A stretch of DNA of 54,491 nt from Saccostrea cucullata (Eukaryota): positions 1 through 54,491 of the forward strand of contig NW_026933053.1 in the NCBI RefSeq assembly GCF_032062105.1. Direction: 5' to 3'. Position numbers and translations under genes: made by a program. The notes beneath the pieces are model-generated. The model saw only the letters and a program-made list of their open reading frames with translations, was not told the origin of the DNA and searched no databases. Of the stretch, positions 50,601 to 54,491 are shown piece after piece. The stretch's first letter is position 1. Each line of letters starts with the position of its first letter.

Positions 50601-53600
50601 ACCTTATTCTGTGTGTACCCTAATATGTATGTACCTTATTCTGTGTATACCTTAGTCTATGTGTACCTGTCTGTGTATACATGTAGTCAAACCTGTTTTA
50701 AGAGTCCACTCATGGGAGAATGACAAATTGGCCACATAAGACAGATGGCCTCTTATTCCAGGTTTCAAACCAATGAATAAAAAATTGCCACCTAAGTTGT
50801 ATATTTATTTTCATATATATACAAATCCACAATTTCAACACATTTAAAAAAATTGGAAGTTTTAAGTCACATGCAATCCCTTTTCTTACATTTCATTTTA
50901 CATGAATTTCTGAAGGAAATATGTTACTGGTTTTTTTTTGTTTTGTGTTTGTAATTTTAACAGCCTTAGAATTAACATCACACTAAATCATGAAATGTTC
51001 AAATGAATTAGCATTTCTCTGATGCTGTGTAAACCGCTTTGTAGTTTTTCTAGATAACATAATATGCTATAGTGCAAGACTGACTGCTTGACTTGATAAC
51101 CTCAGACAAAATTGTAATTAATGTATTGAGTTAAATATCATGAACATATATTAAAATATGCAACAACTTACTTTCATATATATAAAAAAACACCCAAAAC
51201 ATTTGTTTACAATAAATCATTCACTTATATTAATTAAATCATTTAATCCTGACAGAATTCAAATTACAACCCCAATTATTGGTAATTACTCATTATCAGC
51301 TGTTCATGTTTGGCTTCTCTGAGGATACGAGGTCACGTGCCAGACGGAAGTCATGTGACCAAACAGACAAAATAGCCACTGAAAACAGGCATGTTGAGCG
51401 CACGGGGCCTAAAAACACTGGCAACTGGCCGCGTTAGACAGGTGGCCACTTAAATGAGTTAAAATACAGTGAAAAAATGAACGGGCAGGATCGAAACTGG
51501 CCGCACATGGAGAGTGGCAGGTTGATTAAGGGTGGCCGTAACCTTATTCTGTGTATACCTTATTCTGTATGTACCTTATTCTGCGTATATCTTATTTTGT
51601 GTACCTTATTCTGTGTATACCTTATTCTGGGTGTACCCTAATCTGTATGTACCTTATTCTTTGTATAGCTTATTCTGTGTATACCTTATTCTGTGTTAGT
51701 ACCTTATTCTGTGTACCTTATTGTGTGTACCTTATTGTTTGTATACATTATTCTGTGTGTACCTTATTCTGTGTATCTTATTCTGTGTATACCTTATTCT
51801 GTGTGTACCTTATTCTGTGTACCTTACTCTGCGTACCTTATTCTGTGTATTTTATTCTGTGTTTACCTTATTCTGTGAATACCTTATTCTGTGTGTACCT
51901 TATTCTTTGTACCTTATTCTGTGTATGGCTTATTCTGTGTATACCTTATTCTGTGTATACCTTATTCTGTGTACCTTATTCTGTGTATAGCTTATTCTGT
52001 ATGTACCTTATTTATTTTGTGTGTACCTTAATCTGTGTGTACCTTATTCTGTGTGCCTGATTTCTGAAAAATGAATAAACCTATTTATGTTTAAAAAATT
52101 CTGTGTATACCTTATTCTGTGTTTACCTTACTTCTGTGTACACTTACTCTGTGTACCTTATTCTGTGTTTACCTTATTCTGTGAATACCGTATTCTTTGT
52201 ACCTTATTCTGTGTATACCTTGTTTGTGTGTACCTAATTCTGTGTACCTTATTCTGTGTATAGCTTATTCTGTGTGTACCTTATTTTGTTTATACCTTAT
52301 TCTTTGTATACTTAATTCTGCATGTATCCTAATCTGTATGTACCTTATTCTGTGTATAGCTTATTCTGTTTGTACCTTATTTATTCTGTGTGTAATCTGT
52401 GTGCACCTTATTCTGTGTGTATTCTGTGTACCTTATTCTGTGTATAGCTTATTCTGTGTGTACCTAAATCTGTGTATACCTGTTATTTTGTGTACCTTAT
52501 TGTGTGTAAAGCTTATTCTGTGTATACCTTATTCTGTATACCTTATTCTGTGTGAACCCTTGTTTGTGTATACCTATCTGTGTGTACCTTATTCTGTGTA
52601 TACCTTATTCTGCGTATACCTTATTTTGTGTACCTTATTCTGTGTACCTTATTCTGTGTGTAATTTATTCTGTGTGTACCTTATTTTGTGTGCCTTATTC
52701 TGTGTACCTTATTCTGTGTGTACCTTATTCTGTGTACCTTATTCTGTGTGTACCTTATTCTAACTGTACCTTAATCTGTGTACCTTATTCTGTGTGTACC
52801 TTATTCTGTGTACCTTATTCTATGTGTACTTTATTCTGTGTACCTTATTCTATGTGTACCTTATTCTGTGTGTACCTTATTCTGTGTACCTTATGCTGTG
52901 TGTACCTTATTCTGTGTACCTAATTCTGTGTACCTTATTCTGTGTACCTTATTCTGTATGTACCTTAATCTGTGTATCTTATTCTGAGTACTTTATCCTG
53001 TGTGTACCTTATCCTGTGTGTACCTTATTCTGTGTACCTTATTCTGTATGTACCTTATTCTGTGTATCTTATTCTGTATATACCTTATTCTGTGTATCTT
53101 ATTCTGTGTACTTTATCCTGTGTGTACCTTATCCTGTGTGTACCTTATTCTGTGTGTACCTTATTCTGTGTGTACCTTATTCTGTGTACCTTATTCTGTG
53201 TGTACCTTATTCTGTGTACTTTATTCTGTGTGTACCTTATCTGTGTGTACCTAATTCTGTGTACCTTATCCTGTGTGTACCTTATTCTGTGTGTACCTTA
53301 TTCTGTGTAAACCTTATTCTGTATGTACCTTATTCTGTGTATACATTATTCTGTGTGTACCGTATTCTGTGTGTACCGTATTCTGTGTACCTTATTCTGT
53401 GTACCTTATTCTTTGTACCTTATTTTGTGTACCTTATTCTGTGTATACCTTATTCTGTGTGTACCTTATCTGTGTGTATCTTATCCTGTGTGTACCTTAT
53501 TCTGTGTATACCTTATTCTGTGTGTACCTTATTCTGTGTACCTTATTCTGTGTGTACTTTATTCTGTGTACCTAATTCTGTGTGTACCTTATTCTGTGTA

Positions 53601-54375
53601 CCTTATTCTGTGTGTACCTTATTCTGTGTACCTTATTCTGTGTATACCTTATTGTGCGTGTGTACCTTATTCTTTGTACCTTATTCTTTGTACCATATTC
53701 TTTGTATAGCTTGTTCTGTGTATACCTTATTCTGTGTGTACCTTATTCTGTGTATACCTTATTCTGTGTGTACCTAATTCTGTGTACCTTATTCTGTGTA
53801 TACCTTATTGTGTGAGTGTACCTTATTCTTTGTACCTTATTCTTTGTACCATATTCTTTGTATAGCTTGTTCTGTGTATACCTTATTCTGTGTGTACATT
53901 ATTCTGTGTGTACCTTATTCTGTGTACCTTATTGTGTGTGTGTACCTTATTGTGCGTGTGTACCTTATTCTTTGTACCTTATTCTTTGTACCATATTCTT
54001 TGTATAGCTTGTTCTGTGTATACCTTATTCTGTGTATACCTTATTCTGTGTACCTTATTCTGTGTACCTTATTCTGTGTGTACCTAATTCTGTGTGTACC
54101 TTATTCCGTGTTTACCTTATTCTGTGTATACCTTATTCTGTGTATGTACGTTACCTTATTGTGCGTGTACCTTATTATGTGTGTGTGCCAGTTTTTTCTT
54201 AAGAATAATCTCCTCTATATTTTTTTCACTATGTACCTTATTTTTTGTAACCTTTATTCTCAGTGTACCTTATTCTCCGTTAGTTTTTGTTCTAGCTGTT
54301 TCTGTAGACTTTTCTCTTCTTTCTCCTCTCTATCCAGTATATCACAAACCGTTTTCACATCAGACATACCCAAAG
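47675..54375 (-). CDS. Universal stress protein paralogue 2, last two exons (5' exons lie beyond the window)
   Basis: Exon 54375-54269 is 107 nt, the same length and phase as exon 3 of paralogue 1 (LGMSDVKTVCDIL..KLTENK). Exon 47902-47675 encodes GKPGEFVV..GCRGMGKVRRTLIGTVSDYLVHHAHVPV. Confidence 0.9.
48170..54277 (-). repeat. 16-18-bp satellite made of the USP2 exon end plus donor, filling most of a 6.4-kb intron
   Basis: Plus-strand ACCTTATTCTGTGT(GT/AT) equals minus-strand AGAATAAG|GTACAC, identical to the true junction GAGAATAAG|GTACAC at 54269/54268. Confidence 0.95.
50684..51540. mobile_element. Tc1/mariner/pogo-like non-autonomous element inside the satellite, one end truncated
   Basis: Starts TAGTCAAACCTGT; TGGCC and GACAGGTGGCC subterminal repeats at both ends; runs directly into satellite without a second TIR. 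Confidence 0.55.
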
Positions 54376-54491
54376 CTGGAATCCAAGTTTTCAGAGATAA
54401 TCAAATTTGATTAATTGTAAATTTCATTTAAGTGGACAATTTTTAAACATTAAATATAAGTTGGTAGTGCTAATTGAATACTCTGTCCTTC

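Noticed and set aside
48413-54414. Dozens of long plus-strand Cys/Val/Tyr/Leu-rich ORFs
   Set aside because: They are translations of a stop-poor satellite in all three frames, antisense to a USP intron.

Overview
AT-rich, intron-rich animal DNA, probably an oyster (Crassostrea/Magallana), inferred from Helentron/HINE elements carrying ~167-bp internal repeats. Six spliced protein genes were reconstructed by hand: the 3' part of vezatin (+), CEP83 (-), a divergent stand-alone ROC-COR (Roco) protein possibly ending in a CaaX box (+), two universal stress protein paralogues (-), and a neurocalcin-type EF-hand sensor (+) between them. Introns hold many non-autonomous DNA transposons. The main observation is that nearly every large tandem array outside transposons is an amplified copy of an exon-intron junction of its host gene. 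About 10 of roughly 75 junctions, across all six genes, have seeded arrays of decoy splice sites, from one duplication up to a ~6-kb satellite built from the donor AGAATAAG|GTACAC. Gene models and family calls rest on motif recall and frame and splice-site logic; no database search was run.
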